Below, in pieces: positions 9,342 to 10,414 of a stretch of 10,414 bases of DNA. The notes under the pieces are model-generated. The model saw only the letters and a program-made list of their open reading frames with translations, was not told the origin of the DNA and searched no databases. Source of the DNA: Azolla caroliniana (taxonomy: Eukaryota > Plantae > Polypodiophyta); contig JBHGNT010001274.1 of NCBI GenBank assembly GCA_043228905.1, positions 1 to 10,414 on the forward strand, read 5' to 3'. Numbering within the stretch: the stretch's first letter is position 1; every line of letters starts with the position of its first letter. A program made the translations under genes and the position numbers.

Positions 9342-10414
9342 TGAGTATATTAAAATGTTCATACCTAGCGAGTGTGATATCGGATTTTTGTGTTCAAACA
9401 TGCGAATCGAAACTAACAACGCTATCGATAATATGGAATTAAAAAATCAAGATTTTGAAACTCAGGTCGAGAGATATGACGAAATTAGCAAAAATGAGGA
9501 GGGAATTCAGAGGAGCCCTTGAGTAAATTAAAATGTTCATACCTAGCGAGTGTGATATCGGATTTTTGTTTTCAAACATGCGAATCGAAGCTAACAACGC
9601 TAGCTATGATATGGAGTTAAAAAACCAAGATTTTGAAACTCAGGTCGAGAGAAATGACGAAATTACCAAATTTGAGGAGTGAGTTGAGAGGAGCCCTTGA
9701 GTAAATTAAAATGTTCATACCTGGCGAGTGTGATATCGGATTTTTGTGTTCAAACATGCGAATCGAAGCTAACAACGCTAGCTATGATATGGAGTTAAAA
9801 AATCAAGATTTTGAAACTCAGGTCGAGAGAAATGACGAAATTAGCAAACATGAGGAGGGAGTTCAAAGGAGGGCTTGAGTAAATTAAAATGTTCATACCT
9901 AGCGAGTGTGATATCAGATTTTTGTGTTCAAACATGCGAATCGAAGCTAACAACGCTATCGATAATATGGAATTAAAAAATCAAGATTTTGAAACTCAGG
10001 TCGAGAGACATGACGAAATTAGCAAACATGAGGAGGGAGTTCAAAGGAGGCCTTGAGTAAATTAAAATGTTCATACCTGGCTCGTGTGATATCGGATTTT
10101 TGTGTTCAAACATGCGAATCGAAGCTAACAACGCTAGGTATGATATGGAATTAAAAAATCAAGATTTTGAAACTCAGTTCGAGAGACACGACGAAATTAG
10201 CAAACATGAGGAGGGAGTTCAAAGGAGGCCTTGAGTAAATTAAAATGTTCATACCTGGCGAGTGTGATATCGGATTTTTGTGTTCAAACATGCGAATCGA
10301 AGCTAACAACGCTAGCTATGATATGGAGTTAAAAAATGAAGATTTTGAAACTCAGGTCGAGAGAAATGACGAAATTACCAAATTTGAGGAGTGAGTTGAG
10401 AGGAGCCCTTGAGT

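Larger units (their letters stand above)
1..10414. repeat. Tandem satellite DNA array, 178-bp monomer, ~58.8 copies, open at both window edges
   Basis: GTGTTCAAAC recurs at 1 and 179; TGAGTAAATT recurs at 131, 309, 487, 665 and onward. 53x178 + 4x167 + 1x177 = 10279 bp exactly spans 131-10409. Approximate consensus: TGAGTAAATTAAAATGTTCATACCTAGCGAGTGTGATATCGGATTTTTGTGTTCAAACATGCGAATCGAAGCTAACAACGCTATCGATAATATGGAATTAAAAAATCAAGATTTTGAAACTCAGGTCGAGAGACATGACGAAATTAGCAAACATGAGGAGGGAGTTCAAAGGAGGCCT. A centromeric role is only inferred from monomer length and homogeneity. Confidence 0.99.

Noticed and set aside
9277-9522. 81-aa ORF from the supplied track
   Set aside because: It lies wholly in satellite monomers and starts at TTG. 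It is long only because a singleton TAA>TAT change (GAGTATATT) joins an upstream frame to the generic 55-codon monomer ORF. Not called as a CDS.
1-10414. CRISPR array
   Set aside because: There are no unique spacers; the entire 178 bp is repeated, and no cas genes or leader are present.
1-10414. 5S rDNA, tRNA, snRNA or spliced-leader tandem gene array; telomeric repeat
   Set aside because: I could not recognise a 5S sequence, cloverleaf, convincing Pol III boxes or telomere motif on either strand. An Rfam/Infernal scan would be the definitive test.
1-10414. Pure assembly or sequencing artefact (concatemer)
   Set aside because: The monomers carry structured, recurring haplotypes and a shared deletion, which random error or rolling-circle copies of one template would not produce.

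Overview
The whole window is one uninterrupted head-to-tail satellite DNA array with a 178-bp monomer. With units phased at TGAGTAAATT (first at 131), I count 58 complete units plus partial ends: 53 of 178 bp, four of 167 bp (shared 11-bp deletion) and one of 177 bp. The first 178 bp are about 38% GC. The array looks like a eukaryotic, possibly (peri)centromeric, satellite, but I do not recognise the family, and it does not match Arabidopsis CEN178 as I recall it. I find no credible gene, RNA gene, transposon or CRISPR array. The structure worth attention is: (1) the monomer is itself a degenerate palindrome of two inverted ~89-bp halves; (2) monomer variants are ordered into two related 9-mer higher-order repeats, with recent dimer duplications and chimeric monomers; (3) the only recurrent indel removes about one helical turn; (4) most monomers carry a 55-codon ATG..TGA ORF, probably non-functional. 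All typing and counts were done by eye and need computational confirmation. Letter codes for monomer types are my own. Order from position 1: G T R C D E F H I J K R K R C' C'' D T F' H' L G T R C D T E' F' H F' H I' F' H' L/J K R C D E F H I J K R C/D T F' H' L G, then six irregular units.
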